A stretch of 45,898 bases of DNA from Chitinophagaceae bacterium (GCA_037721545.1 JBBJOK010000001.1:1-45898), one strand, 5' to 3'; shown: positions 9,135-18,888, counted from the first letter of the stretch. Notes: generated by a model from the letters alone, not told the origin. Made by a program: numbers and translations.

Positions 9135-11442
9135 TTTCTAGTTTGTTTTTTGGAATTTCAATTCGAAAAGTTGTGTTATACCCTTCAGTAGTATCTATTA
9201 CAAAAATTTGGCCTCCATAAAATTCTATTATATCCTTTACTATTTTTAAACCTAAACCGGTTCCAATTAAACTATCTGCATCATTCCCCGAATGATTCGC
9301 TGCAGACGTTGTTGTAAAAAATGCATTAAAGATTAATGATTCACTTTCTTTTGGCACTCCATCACCATTATCAGAAAATTCTAGATAAACATTTTTATCA
9401 GTTTTCCCACATTTAATAAATATTTTCCCTTCTCTTTTTTTTCTTTTTATTGCCTTTTTGGAATTTGTGTATAAATTAAAAAGTATTGACGCCCACTCAG
9501 AAGGATGCATTGGAGTTGTGAACAAATCATAGCCATCAAACTCTGGATCCTGAAGAATTATTTTTGATCTTTTCAAATCATTTTCTATAACTCTGCCAAA
9601 ATCTTTAACCACATCTCTAAGTTCAATAGATTGCAATTCTCTGATGACATTTCTTGATATTGCTTTATCGAAATATGAAGTGTAAGATGTGAACGATTTA
9701 ATATTTGTTCCTAATAATTCAACTCTTTGATAAACGCCTTTAATATCTTTTACTGCATTTTTAAGGAAATTAATTTCTGCATCAAATCCAGGTAAAAACC
9801 TATGTATTTCATGAACAAACTCACCAATTACCAGACCTAATCCTGCTAAAATTCGCAGCATATTATTTTCATCTATTAAATTCTTGTTTTTTACCTTTTC
9901 TTCTTCACGGGCTTGTTTAAATTCATTAAATGCCTCCTTAAACTTTTCTTTTGACTGATGATAATTTGTTGAATTATCATCAGAAGTCGTTTCTTCTTCT
10001 TCAAAAAGTTCATCCATTTTACTCAAAGCCTTTTCAACTTTTTCAGTAGGGTCTATCTCTTTTCTAGTGTAGTCTTTTTGAGATGCTATTGCTTTTCTGC
10101 CCCTTAATTCTGAAATTTTGATGACAGCACTAAGTATAGATAGATAAACAAAATTCACTAATTCCTTTAGAGCGTCATTTTCAATAAGTCCTTCTCTGCT
10201 TGATGTCTCTTCAAAGTTTCCTGTTTTGTCTTCTAGTTCCACAAAGCCAAAAAAATATCTATTTGCATGTGGCCCCAATACTATATTTCGATTGTTGGAT
10301 TTATCTAAAGCTAACCAATCATCAGCTTGTTCACCATAAGGTAAGACTCGAAACCCGTTTCTATATAGTTTTATGCCACCTTTTTCATACCCTAAATCTC
10401 TTATGAACGTAAATGTTCCTGGTGCAAAAAGGTTTGCATCGTAAATAAAATAATACGATTTAAAATGAAGTCCCTTAATTAAATTAAAGGGAGCTGAGTT
10501 ATCATCTCTATCTTTTTCATTATTCCCAATAAGAAATACCTCTTGGGGGAAATTCAGTTTTTCACTTTTCAGAGCCCAACATCCTTGTCCATCATCCATA
10601 ACATATCCTTCAATTTCAGCAAGGGCATGTTTAAAAATTGCACCCTCTTCGTCTATTATCGGAATTATCTCCTCCTTTTCTTTCCTAAAATAATAACTTT
10701 TAAATCCCGGGTCTATAGACTCCTCTTTTTTTTCCTTCCTTTTCTTTGACAATGGAAAAGGTTGAAGTAGTTCAGAAGTATATCTGAACACTCGTTTTAT
10801 CATGACATCCGACCAACCTTCTCTAAGTCCTTCTATTATTAGATCAGTTCCTTCTTCTTTTGTTTTTGAAATTGTTTCAATTTGATTAGTTATAATTAAT
10901 AAATCAATATCTGTTATAAACTCTTCCCAATTAATTGTGAGTTTAATTGCAGACTCTGAATTTAAAGTTTGAGTGATAATAGTTAATTTATTACCCAGTC
11001 TCTGCGTTGCGAATCTTCCGATGCCTTTTCTGCCAGCTCTTATTCTTTTATATCTATCTGAAATAGGGTTGTGAATTTTTTCAGAAGATGATAGTCTCAT
11101 AAAACCGTTTATAAGCTGATCCCTAGTCATGCCTACTCCGTTGTCTTCAATAAGTAATTTGCCGTTTGGTTGCCAAGCATTCTCAAAAACTAATTTTACT
11201 TCAGTTGCATCGGCGTCATAAGCATTTTTAACAAGCTCTGAAACTGCAGTTTCATGTCTTCCTACTAATTCTTTCCCCAACCTGTTAATTATTCCGGCAT
11301 CAACAGAAAAGCGTATATTTTTTTCGTCAAGTTTAGCTATTTCATTCGACAGTGATAAAATGACATTGTTATTAGATACTTCCTTCTTAATTTCTTCGGA
11401 AAGCTTGGCTTTTAATTCAGATATTTTTATTGCATTGTCCAT
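9127..11442 (-). CDS. MORC/MutL-like GHKL ATPase fused to a C-terminal histidine kinase
   Basis: N-term ELVKNAYDADA, IEDNGVGM, GRKGIGRF; middle YRNGFRVLPYG, SSREGLIEN; C-term GEFVHEI (His), NLYTNSKKA, FSDNGDGV, GTGLGL. Confidence 0.88.
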   Translation of the reverse strand: MDNAIKISELKAKLSEEIKKEVSNNNVILSLSNEIAKLDEKNIRFSVDAGIINRLGKELVGRHETAVSELVKNAYDADATEVKLVFENAWQPNGKLLIEDNGVGMTRDQLINGFMRLSSSEKIHNPISDRYKRIRAGRKGIGRFATQRLGNKLTIITQTLNSESAIKLTINWEEFITDIDLLIITNQIETISKTKEEGTDLIIEGLREGWSDVMIKRVFRYTSELLQPFPLSKKRKEKKEESIDPGFKSYYFRKEKEEIIPIIDEEGAIFKHALAEIEGYVMDDGQGCWALKSEKLNFPQEVFLIGNNEKDRDDNSAPFNLIKGLHFKSYYFIYDANLFAPGTFTFIRDLGYEKGGIKLYRNGFRVLPYGEQADDWLALDKSNNRNIVLGPHANRYFFGFVELEDKTGNFEETSSREGLIENDALKELVNFVYLSILSAVIKISELRGRKAIASQKDYTRKEIDPTEKVEKALSKMDELFEEEETTSDDNSTNYHQSKEKFKEAFNEFKQAREEEKVKNKNLIDENNMLRILAGLGLVIGEFVHEIHRFLPGFDAEINFLKNAVKDIKGVYQRVELLGTNIKSFTSYTSYFDKAISRNVIRELQSIELRDVVKDFGRVIENDLKRSKIILQDPEFDGYDLFTTPMHPSEWASILFNLYTNSKKAIKRKKREGKIFIKCGKTDKNVYLEFSDNGDGVPKESESLIFNAFFTTTSAANHSGNDADSLIGTGLGLKIVKDIIEFYGGQIFVIDTTEGYNTTFRIEIPKNKLENE

Positions 11443-11676
11443 CTATTTCTTTTCTTTCTTAGATACCAATTTATCATTTATTAAATCAGTTACATTAACT
11501 TTTAGTACTTCGGCAATCTTTACAAGAGTTGTCAACAGGGGTTGTACATCATTCGTACACCACCGTGAAATCGTTGCTTCATTTTTATTAAGTTGTTCCG
11601 CAAGCCATTTGCTACTGAGATTCTTCTCCACCAACACAACTTTTATTCGATTTATTGCTTTTTTACTCATGTTCAT
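11443..11676 (-). CDS. Xre/Cro-C1 helix-turn-helix regulator (controller-like)
   Basis: NRIKVVLVEK...WLAEQLNKNEATISRWCTNDVQP; its stop abuts the next start codon. Confidence 0.9.
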   Translation of the reverse strand: MNMSKKAINRIKVVLVEKNLSSKWLAEQLNKNEATISRWCTNDVQPLLTTLVKIAEVLKVNVTDLINDKLVSKKEKK

Positions 11677-11687
11677 TGCATATTGTG

Positions 11688-11695
11688 CAAATATA
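11688..11695 (-). promoter_or_regulatory. Bacteroidota sigma-70 -7 box for the HTH-kinase-MTase operon
   Basis: TATATTTG on the minus strand matches TAnnTTTG, 11 bp before the start codon. Confidence 0.55.
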
Positions 11696-11917
11696 TTGAC
11701 TTTTAGATTAATAAACCGCTTACTTTCCTTTTGTAAATGTTAGGTTGATAACCTGTTGAAGGGTCGAAATCCTTATTAAATAACTTCTGCAATTTATAAT
11801 TGGTCCGTCCGCTGGGTGGTGGGTGGGGCTTGGTTGATGAGCAAAGATTTATAGCTGATGTATTGAGCAAATGATGATAGAATTTCGTCAGCCGGGGTGG
11901 GTGGGTTGTGTGTTGGC

Positions 11918-11983
11918 ATTTTTAGCACTTTGCAAGTTTTGGTTTGTGTCTGGGTTTTGTGTGCCTTGCAAAGTGCTAAAAAT
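11918..11983. repeat. TTGCAA hairpin element, copy 2
   Basis: Perfect 19-bp inverted repeat ATTTTTAGCACTTTGCAAG / CTTGCAAAGTGCTAAAAAT around a 28-nt GT-rich loop. Confidence 0.8.
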
Positions 11984-12044
11984 AACATTGAGCCGAATGG
12001 TAAAGTCTTGGGTATTTAAATATGTACGGAATGTTCAAATAGGG

Positions 12045-12610
12045 TTCTGACTAACGTTTAATAAGTTGCTCAATTGCAGTACCAATTCATCCGTCTTTAT
12101 ATCAAACTTATGAATTAATTTTTTCATTTCCTGCAGTTTTCTTTTTCATTTCTGATCCAAGAACTCATAATTATTCTCTGGTCTGTAAGGAACAGTTTTT
12201 ACAATCATATTCCAGATTATTACTGCCAATTTTTTCGCGGTTGCCGAAATTGCTGAAGGCCTTCCTTTTCAATAAGCAATGCGATTGAAAAAATTAGAAA
12301 GACCGGTGTCTTTTAAATTACCAATAGCATTGGCTGCATTTCTTATGCAATTTTCAGCCGGTTGCTGCCTTTTGGTATTCTGTTACTAAGCATTTTGCCA
12401 CCGCTTATTTTATTATTGGGCGCAAGCCTCAGCCAACTTGCAAACTGCTTTGCCATTTCAAATTTAGGAATGCCATTCCCTACTTCACTCATTAGTGAAA
12501 GGGCTGTGACATGGCTTACAGTTTCGATATCTAATAAATCAACGCCACCCATTTTTTGCATTGATTATCTCAACAGATTAACACCAAACTTCTCTACCAT
12601 TTTTCCTTCA
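12045..12610 (-). pseudogene. IS110-family transposase remnant (C-terminal half)
   Basis: GVDLLDI...LMSEVG...KQFASWLRLAPNNKISGGK...GSNRLKIA, frameshift near 12345, then RNAANAIGNLKDT..FFNRIAY*KGRPSAISATAKKLAVIIWNM; N-terminal DEDD domain absent; ends approximate. Confidence 0.85.
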
Positions 12611-12924
12611 TACAGTAAAAGGTTTGGCCAATTGGAAGCACAACAGGTCTGCGGAAAGGAAAAATAAATATCATATCTATTGGCTAAAACAAAATCAAGA
12701 AGCAGTACCTGAAGATATTAGTCCATGTGAGATTCGCTTTCATATTTGGAGAGTTACATATCAAAAGAGCGAAATTCCTCCCATGAATAATGAAACGATG
12801 AATTAAAGAATGTTTGTCTGCAATAAAGGAACATCGGAAAAATTGTTTCTTAAAGTGTATTTTAAGTTAATTTTCATTGAGGCTCTTTCAATTTCTTTTC
12901 CTCTAGCAGATTAAAATATTTTCT

Positions 12925-15900
12925 ATGAAAAAATACAATTTTTTTTCCTCTCTTTTCGTACGAACTCCTCTTTACTCTTTAGGGCAGCATAAAAGCGCAG
13001 ATTATCCATTTATTCTCAATACTTATGAATTTAAATTAGCCTTATTATTAGCAAGCACAGCATTTTTTAATGAGCTTAAAAGGAAACAGTTTGACTATGA
13101 GTTACTTAGTGAAAAGCAAAAACATACTGTCAGGAAATATATTAATAGAGCATCATTTCGTTCCACTCCTTTTGGTTTATTTTCATCTTTCTCATTGGTC
13201 AACTGGACTGAAGAATTACAAACAAATATTTTGCTTGCTGATCCCAATCCCTGCATCAAATTAGATTTCACAATATTACACTTGCTCTGGGAAAAATATT
13301 TGAAACATAAAATTCAGAAGTCTACCAAATTCCAATTAAATCAATCTTTTTATTTCAGTAAAACCGACTTCAGATATATCAAAACAGAAATTAAGGAAAA
13401 TAAGGAAACCCTTTTCTCAATGGTATCTATTTCTAAAAATACTATTTTAAAGAAAATATTAAAATTTTGTATGACAGGAAAAAGCTACGAAGAAATACTT
13501 TCTCTTCTTACAGAAGATTCAGGTGCTAATATGCAAGAAGTTGATTCATTTATGATTGAATTAATTAATCAACAAATTATTGTTTCACATAGTGCTCCGA
13601 GTGTAACAGGTGAGGATTATACGGATTTAATTATTAAATACTTAGATGATTGCAATGAGGCAGCAGATCTTAAAATTAATTTAAAGAAACTGTCTGTAAA
13701 TTCTTCTGATAAATTATGCCACCTTTTAAACATAACAAATGAACTTGACAAATATCTTCTGGGTAATGTTAACACAAATTATTTTTATTCAATTGCAGAA
13801 AGAAAAGTAACAAACGGAGGACTATCTTCTAAATATTATGAACAAATTCAAGACGGTTTATATTGCTTAAATCTTTTATCCAAAGTTGCCGTAAATAGTG
13901 ATTTAAATAAATTTAAACTTGCCTTCAAACGTAAATATGAGTCAGGTGAAGTTCCTCTTTTGGAAGTACTCGATACTCAGTTTGGCATAGGTTACGGAAA
14001 CTTTGATAAAATAAAAAATAATTATGGACTTTCTGATTACAATACTTCTTCAAAAAAAGATGATCTCATTAAAGTAGAAGAGGACTTTATGAAATCATTA
14101 CTTAAAAAATGGCAATTAAAAAATAGTTATAATTCCGGGTATGAATTAGAAATCACTGAAGAACATTTAAAAAATCTTAAAACTGCAGATAATAATGAAG
14201 GTCTCCCGCCAAGCATTTCCGTGATATTTAGATTGATTGAAGAAAAAGTATTTATTGAAGACGCTGGGGGTGCTTCAGCATTATCTTTAATGGGAAGGTT
14301 TTCATACTCTAAAGAAGTTTATGAATTTGGAAAGCAAATTGCAGAACAGGAACAAAAACTAAATAAGGACGTAATTTTTGCTGAAGTTGCTCATATTTGT
14401 AATCTTCACTCCGCCAATATTAATAGAAGGAAGCATTTGCGTAATTATGAAATACCTGTTTTAACTAACTCCACCATAGATACAAATAGAAAAATAAATC
14501 TTAGTGATATTATGGTATCGGTAAATGATAATAATGTTAAGCTACGATCAAAAAATTTGAATAAAGTTATTATTCCAAGGCTGTCTTCCGCATTTAATTA
14601 TACCAAAAGCTCTTTACCCGTTTTTCGTTTTTTTTGTGATGTACAAAGCCAACATTTAAAATTAAACTTTTCGTTCTCCTTAGCTTCTCACGTGCCTGGG
14701 CTAAGATTTTATCCAAGGATAACATATAAAGCTTGTATTCTGCAAATTGCCGAATGGCATTTAGAGGCAAGTGAATTAGATTTTCTTCAGGAAAAAGATC
14801 CTTGTGCAGTCCTCGAACTCTTTCGAGTGTTTGCAAAAGAAATAAATCTGCCACGTTATTTTGCGTATACGATTCATGATAATTTCCTTGTTTATGATTC
14901 TGAAAAAAGCGATGATATCATTTTTTTTTTAAAAGAAATCAGGGGGAAAGGAAAAATATTATTAAAAGAGTTCCCTTTTATAGAACAAAATAATTTAGTT
15001 AAAGATAAATTTCATCGCCCGCTTATGGCGCAATATATTGCCTCTATGTATTTAAATGCAGAAACCTACAAAATTGAGAAACAATTTAAAGCTGAAAAGA
15101 AACATTCTGCATTAATAAAAAACACAAAAGAATGGATATATTTTAAAATTTATTGTCATCCACTTTCATCAGATATTATTTTATGTGATTATTTAATTCC
15201 GCTGGTCAATAAATATATTAAGAATGGTAATATTAAACAATGGTTTTGGGTAAGATATAATGATCCTGAATATCATATAAGGTTTAGGATAAAGCCCTGT
15301 CAGAAAATGAGAACTTCTCTTTTTGAGGGTTTCACAACGTGCCTAAATAATCTTAATTTGAATAAATTAATAAATAGATTTCAGCCGGATATTTACAAAC
15401 AGGAAATAAATCGTTATTCTTCATATCTTATCGCCGATGTTGAAACTATTTTCACTACAAGCAGCACTATCATTGGTAATTTTTTGAAAGTTAAATACTC
15501 TTCAAATTATAATGATGAAAAGGTTATAATTGAGGCGGCTTTATCCATCAGTGAAATTTTGCTTGCGTTTGAATTTAGTAATACTGATAGCGTACAGTTT
15601 TGTAAATTTCAATTTGATGAATTCTTTTCAGAGTTTGGATCACCTAAATTATTAAGGCCTGAAATGGAAAACCTTTATAAACGCTTGAAGCATGATCTTT
15701 CGTCGATAGTCACGTGTTGTGAAAAACGAAATTCTTACACGTTTTTGAAAAAGGATATTTTAAACTTAACTCAAAATTTTAATGCAAAGAAAGTAGAGTG
15801 CACAACACTCCCGAAATTAGTTACCGATATTATTCATATGCACTTAAACAGGCTTTACTTTGATAATCAGCGTTATTTAGAAATGGTAACATATTATTTA

Positions 15901-15963
15901 GTTTACAGGTGCCTGAATGCCGAAATACACAAAGGGTATATACTAATCAGTGAGCCCTTTTAG
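12925..15963 (+). CDS. lanB: Class I lanthipeptide dehydratase (glutamylation + elimination domains)
   Basis: 1012 aa; YINRASFRSTPFGLFS, FKRKYE..EVPLLEVLD, PRLSSAFNY, FYPRI, C-terminal WIYFKIY...VRYNDPEYHIRFR...HMHLNRL. Confidence 0.9.
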   Translation: MKKYNFFSSLFVRTPLYSLGQHKSADYPFILNTYEFKLALLLASTAFFNELKRKQFDYELLSEKQKHTVRKYINRASFRSTPFGLFSSFSLVNWTEELQTNILLADPNPCIKLDFTILHLLWEKYLKHKIQKSTKFQLNQSFYFSKTDFRYIKTEIKENKETLFSMVSISKNTILKKILKFCMTGKSYEEILSLLTEDSGANMQEVDSFMIELINQQIIVSHSAPSVTGEDYTDLIIKYLDDCNEAADLKINLKKLSVNSSDKLCHLLNITNELDKYLLGNVNTNYFYSIAERKVTNGGLSSKYYEQIQDGLYCLNLLSKVAVNSDLNKFKLAFKRKYESGEVPLLEVLDTQFGIGYGNFDKIKNNYGLSDYNTSSKKDDLIKVEEDFMKSLLKKWQLKNSYNSGYELEITEEHLKNLKTADNNEGLPPSISVIFRLIEEKVFIEDAGGASALSLMGRFSYSKEVYEFGKQIAEQEQKLNKDVIFAEVAHICNLHSANINRRKHLRNYEIPVLTNSTIDTNRKINLSDIMVSVNDNNVKLRSKNLNKVIIPRLSSAFNYTKSSLPVFRFFCDVQSQHLKLNFSFSLASHVPGLRFYPRITYKACILQIAEWHLEASELDFLQEKDPCAVLELFRVFAKEINLPRYFAYTIHDNFLVYDSEKSDDIIFFLKEIRGKGKILLKEFPFIEQNNLVKDKFHRPLMAQYIASMYLNAETYKIEKQFKAEKKHSALIKNTKEWIYFKIYCHPLSSDIILCDYLIPLVNKYIKNGNIKQWFWVRYNDPEYHIRFRIKPCQKMRTSLFEGFTTCLNNLNLNKLINRFQPDIYKQEINRYSSYLIADVETIFTTSSTIIGNFLKVKYSSNYNDEKVIIEAALSISEILLAFEFSNTDSVQFCKFQFDEFFSEFGSPKLLRPEMENLYKRLKHDLSSIVTCCEKRNSYTFLKKDILNLTQNFNAKKVECTTLPKLVTDIIHMHLNRLYFDNQRYLEMVTYYLVYRCLNAEIHKGYILISEPF

Positions 15964-16681
15964 TTTTTATAAGATGTTCATTCATGTGATGAGAAAAAGC
16001 ATTTTTATAACTTGACCCAATTATAAAACTTTCTTTTTTATTTATTAAAAATATTTCATTTCCTTCTATATGGCTAATTTTGTTTGTATTTATAATGTAG
16101 GATTTACTGATTCGCAAAAGTGAAGCCGGAAGCTTTTCTACTATTTCTGTTAAAGTAAGATAAGTAAGGTGTTTCTTCTCCTCAGTAACTATAGATAAAT
16201 AATTTTTCTGACTTTCAATAAAGATAATATCCTTAAAAAAAACTTTTATTAGCTTCCCTTTGCCTTCCACCTGGATATAGAAAAAGTCTTCAATAGGATC
16301 GCCACTTTTATTTCTTCTTTGAAGAATCAAGTCACTTATTTTAGAAATACATTTTATAAATCTTTCGTAAGAAAATGGCTTTAATAAATAATCACTAATA
16401 TCCAGTTCAAAAGCTTCAATTGCAAACTCGGGATGTGCTGTAGTAAATATTATAGCTGTTTTTCCTTTTAGTATAGAAGATAATTCAATACCTGAAATTT
16501 GAGGCATATCAATATCAAGAAAAGTAATATCCGGATATGTATTTGCCTCCTGGAAATGTGAAAGTGCTGTAATTGGATTTTCATTATAGCCTATTAATTG
16601 CAGCGAAGGTGTTTTATCTATATAGACTGATAAACTTTTAATGGCATGCAATTCGTCATCAATTATATAACAGCTTAACAT
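15947..16681 (-). CDS. LytTR-family response regulator
   Basis: CYIIDDE, FLDIDMP, FTTAH, DYLLKP; LytTR region IIFIESQKNY...LLRISKSYIIN. Confidence 0.93.
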   Translation of the reverse strand: MLSCYIIDDELHAIKSLSVYIDKTPSLQLIGYNENPITALSHFQEANTYPDITFLDIDMPQISGIELSSILKGKTAIIFTTAHPEFAIEAFELDISDYLLKPFSYERFIKCISKISDLILQRRNKSGDPIEDFFYIQVEGKGKLIKVFFKDIIFIESQKNYLSIVTEEKKHLTYLTLTEIVEKLPASLLRISKSYIINTNKISHIEGNEIFLINKKESFIIGSSYKNAFSHHMNEHLIKTKRAH

Positions 16682-17775
16682 TAAATAGTATTTTGTAGTT
16701 GTATCATAAGGTTAACTGAAAAAGTGGATTCGTTATCGTTAATATCTAAAGAAAAGTAACCCTGATAATAAGAAATTAATCTCGTTCTTACATTCTCAAT
16801 TCCAATTCCGGTAGAATGATAGTTGATCGTCTTTCTTTTATTATTAAATGTTTTAAAATGAAGAATGCTGCCATCAAGCTTAATATGAATTTTAACCGGA
16901 TGCATTTCATCCATTAGTTCTGCATATTTAAATAAATTTTCTACAAACGGAATTAATAACAAAGGTATTATCTTGATATGATTAAACTCGCCATCAGTAA
17001 TAAAATCTATGCAAAGCTTATTATTAAATCTAAACTGATTAATCTTTATTAAATTATCAATTTGTTCTATTTCCTTTTCTAATAGTACTTTTCCGTCTGC
17101 CTTTGTTTCGGAAAGAGAATATCTCATCATGTCAGATAACACAATTATCGCATCTGAAGCTTTGGCTGAGACTTGTTGAACTTCACTATGAATGAAATTT
17201 AATGTATTAAAAAGGAGGTGAGGGTTGATCTGTGATTGCAAAAAAGCATTTTGAGAAGAAATAAGTTTAAGTTCTAACTCCTGCTTTTCCTGTTGTCTTA
17301 ATAAAACGCTGGTTTCCGCCTCTTTTAGTTTTTGTTTATTTTTAAAACTCCTGTGAATTAACCAGTAGGCAGTACTAAAAATAAGAAAGTAAATTCCCCG
17401 CCATAGTTGTTGTATAAAAGCAATTTTTGTTGGATAGAGAGACAATATAGAACTAAATCGTCTTTCTGAAAAATAAATATCCTTTACACCCATTAATAAA
17501 AGATAAATGATCAATTCAGATAAGAACAACAAGATAAATAAAAGAGGTTTTTTATGAGTTTTGCCAAAGCCAAAATTCATAGTTACAAAGGAGTGAAAAT
17601 AAAAAAGGAAAATATTTATTAAGTAAGGAATAATATATCCGTTCCAATTAGAAATATCAGCATTCGGCCATCTGATTAACTTAATAAAAGAAACTTCATA
17701 AGTAATAAAAGTAAGCCATCCTACTATATGATAGATTATGTAATTTCTTCTCAAGAAACTTAAATGAAGATTCAT
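16681..17775 (-). CDS. LytS/YehU-type membrane sensor histidine kinase
   Basis: About four hydrophobic N-terminal segments; QSQINPHLLFNTLN, MMRYSL, PLLLIPFVENLFKY, GIGIENVRTRL. Confidence 0.92.
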   Translation of the reverse strand: MNLHLSFLRRNYIIYHIVGWLTFITYEVSFIKLIRWPNADISNWNGYIIPYLINIFLFYFHSFVTMNFGFGKTHKKPLLFILLFLSELIIYLLLMGVKDIYFSERRFSSILSLYPTKIAFIQQLWRGIYFLIFSTAYWLIHRSFKNKQKLKEAETSVLLRQQEKQELELKLISSQNAFLQSQINPHLLFNTLNFIHSEVQQVSAKASDAIIVLSDMMRYSLSETKADGKVLLEKEIEQIDNLIKINQFRFNNKLCIDFITDGEFNHIKIIPLLLIPFVENLFKYAELMDEMHPVKIHIKLDGSILHFKTFNNKRKTINYHSTGIGIENVRTRLISYYQGYFSLDINDNESTFSVNLMIQLQNTI

Positions 17776-17789
17776 AAAGGTAATATACG

Positions 17790-17866
17790 GAATATTAAAT
17801 GTTATCTACAGAATTGCTTCGGTGGTGTAAAATCTAAAATATTCATTTAATTAAGTAATAGGTTGC
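17790..17866 (+). promoter_or_regulatory. Putative LytTR-controlled promoter, copy 1
   Basis: GAATATT, TCTACAGAA (17805), GGTGTAAAAT (17824), TAGGTTGC (17859); same blocks and spacing recur at 25764-25840. Confidence 0.6.
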
Positions 17867-17883
17867 CTTTATAAAAAACCACT

Positions 17884-18075
17884 ATGAGAAATTTGAAACA
17901 ATCTCCCTTAAAACTCAACAGTAAAGTTTTATTGGTATTTGAAAAAAATAAAAATACAGTTAACAATTGCCCGACGGATCCAACTACAGGGACAATTACT
18001 ATAACGACTACGTCAATAATGTTTGGCAATTTGAAAAAAGAACAGATAAATGATGTGGCGAAATACCATTATTAA
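17884..18075 (+). CDS. Putative RiPP precursor (LanB substrate), Thr-rich core
   Basis: Basic leader LKLNSKVLLVF then CPTDPTTGTITITTTS; divergent from the kinase and near lanB. Confidence 0.65.
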   Translation: MRNLKQSPLKLNSKVLLVFEKNKNTVNNCPTDPTTGTITITTTSIMFGNLKKEQINDVAKYHY

Positions 18076-18132
18076 TAAATTTAATTATTATATAATAGAG
18101 TACCCTTATAGTCTATCATTATAAAAAAAATT

Positions 18133-18366
18133 ATGAAAAAGCAAATTGTTTTAATTACAACTATAATGCTCTCCACTGTGCCAATTTTATTTGTTGTATT
18201 CACAACTAATGTGTCTTCGATGCAAGATTTATGTGCTAAAGCATCACAAGGTGGATGTTATTGTATTCCTTCTCCTGGTTGTGATTGCAGATCTGATGCA
18301 ACAGGAATTATTTATCCGGACCATCTACTTGAATGTGATTCTCAAACAGATTCACAAACAAATTAG
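18133..18366 (+). CDS. Small secreted Cys-rich peptide, paralogue 1
   Basis: Signal-like N-terminus, SSMQDLCAKA, CIPSPGCDCRSDATGIIYP. Confidence 0.8.
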   Translation: MKKQIVLITTIMLSTVPILFVVFTTNVSSMQDLCAKASQGGCYCIPSPGCDCRSDATGIIYPDHLLECDSQTDSQTN

Positions 18367-18558
18367 GTGTTTTCTTTTAAATGTTTTGGATTTGGATATT
18401 TTAATTGAAAATGAATTTTAGCATTAGAAAGATATAGTATATCATTTAAGGCGCCAACAGATGATATATTAAAATGTGGTCTGCAGCAACACAAAAAATG
18501 TGCAGCGTAAATACTCATTACGAGAAAATGAGTTCATTTAAAAATTAAAGTAAATTTT

Positions 18559-18789
18559 ATGAAAAAGAAAATTGTTTTTATGACAGTTGGGGTGTTTGGA
18601 AGTGCAGCACTTTTATTCAATGTGTTCACAACAAGCGCTTCTTCTTTGCAGGACTTACGTGCTAAAGCATCAGAAGCAGCAGGAACCTATTGCGCTCCTA
18701 ACTCTGGTACTGACTGCATCTCTAGTGCAACCGGTAATATTTATCCAAATTACACAGCAACACCTTATCCTGAGGCTACGGTAGAATAG
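18559..18789 (+). CDS. Small secreted Cys-containing peptide, paralogue 2
   Basis: Signal-like N-terminus, SSLQDLRAKA, CAPNSGTDCISSATGNIYP...EATVE. Confidence 0.85.
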   Translation: MKKKIVFMTVGVFGSAALLFNVFTTSASSLQDLRAKASEAAGTYCAPNSGTDCISSATGNIYPNYTATPYPEATVE

Positions 18790-18803
18790 CCTAGGATATT
18801 GCA

Positions 18804-18837
18804 AGAGAAGGCTTAACAGGTATGTTAAGCCTTCTCT
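18804..18837 (+). terminator. Strong stem-loop after peptide 2 (terminator or mRNA stabiliser)
   Basis: AGAGAAGGCTTAACA-GGTA-TGTTAAGCCTTCTCT, perfect 15-bp stem. Confidence 0.75.
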
Positions 18838-18888
18838 ATATTTTATAAAATATGTATTTTACATTATCAAACTTATAATAAAAATAAT

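Noticed and set aside
11794-11988. 64-aa minus-strand ORF and G-rich tracts suggesting a G-quadruplex
   Set aside because: The ORF is read through the hairpin element; the G-runs are irregular and fit the GT skew of that repeat.
12624-12806. 60-aa ORF upstream of lanB as a possible LanA precursor
   Set aside because: TTG start, no leader motif, and few clustered Ser/Thr/Cys.
12812-12875. Possible third copy of the LytTR-type promoter before lanB (GTTTGTCT match)
   Set aside because: The second and third blocks match poorly and spacing is off; not supportable by eye.
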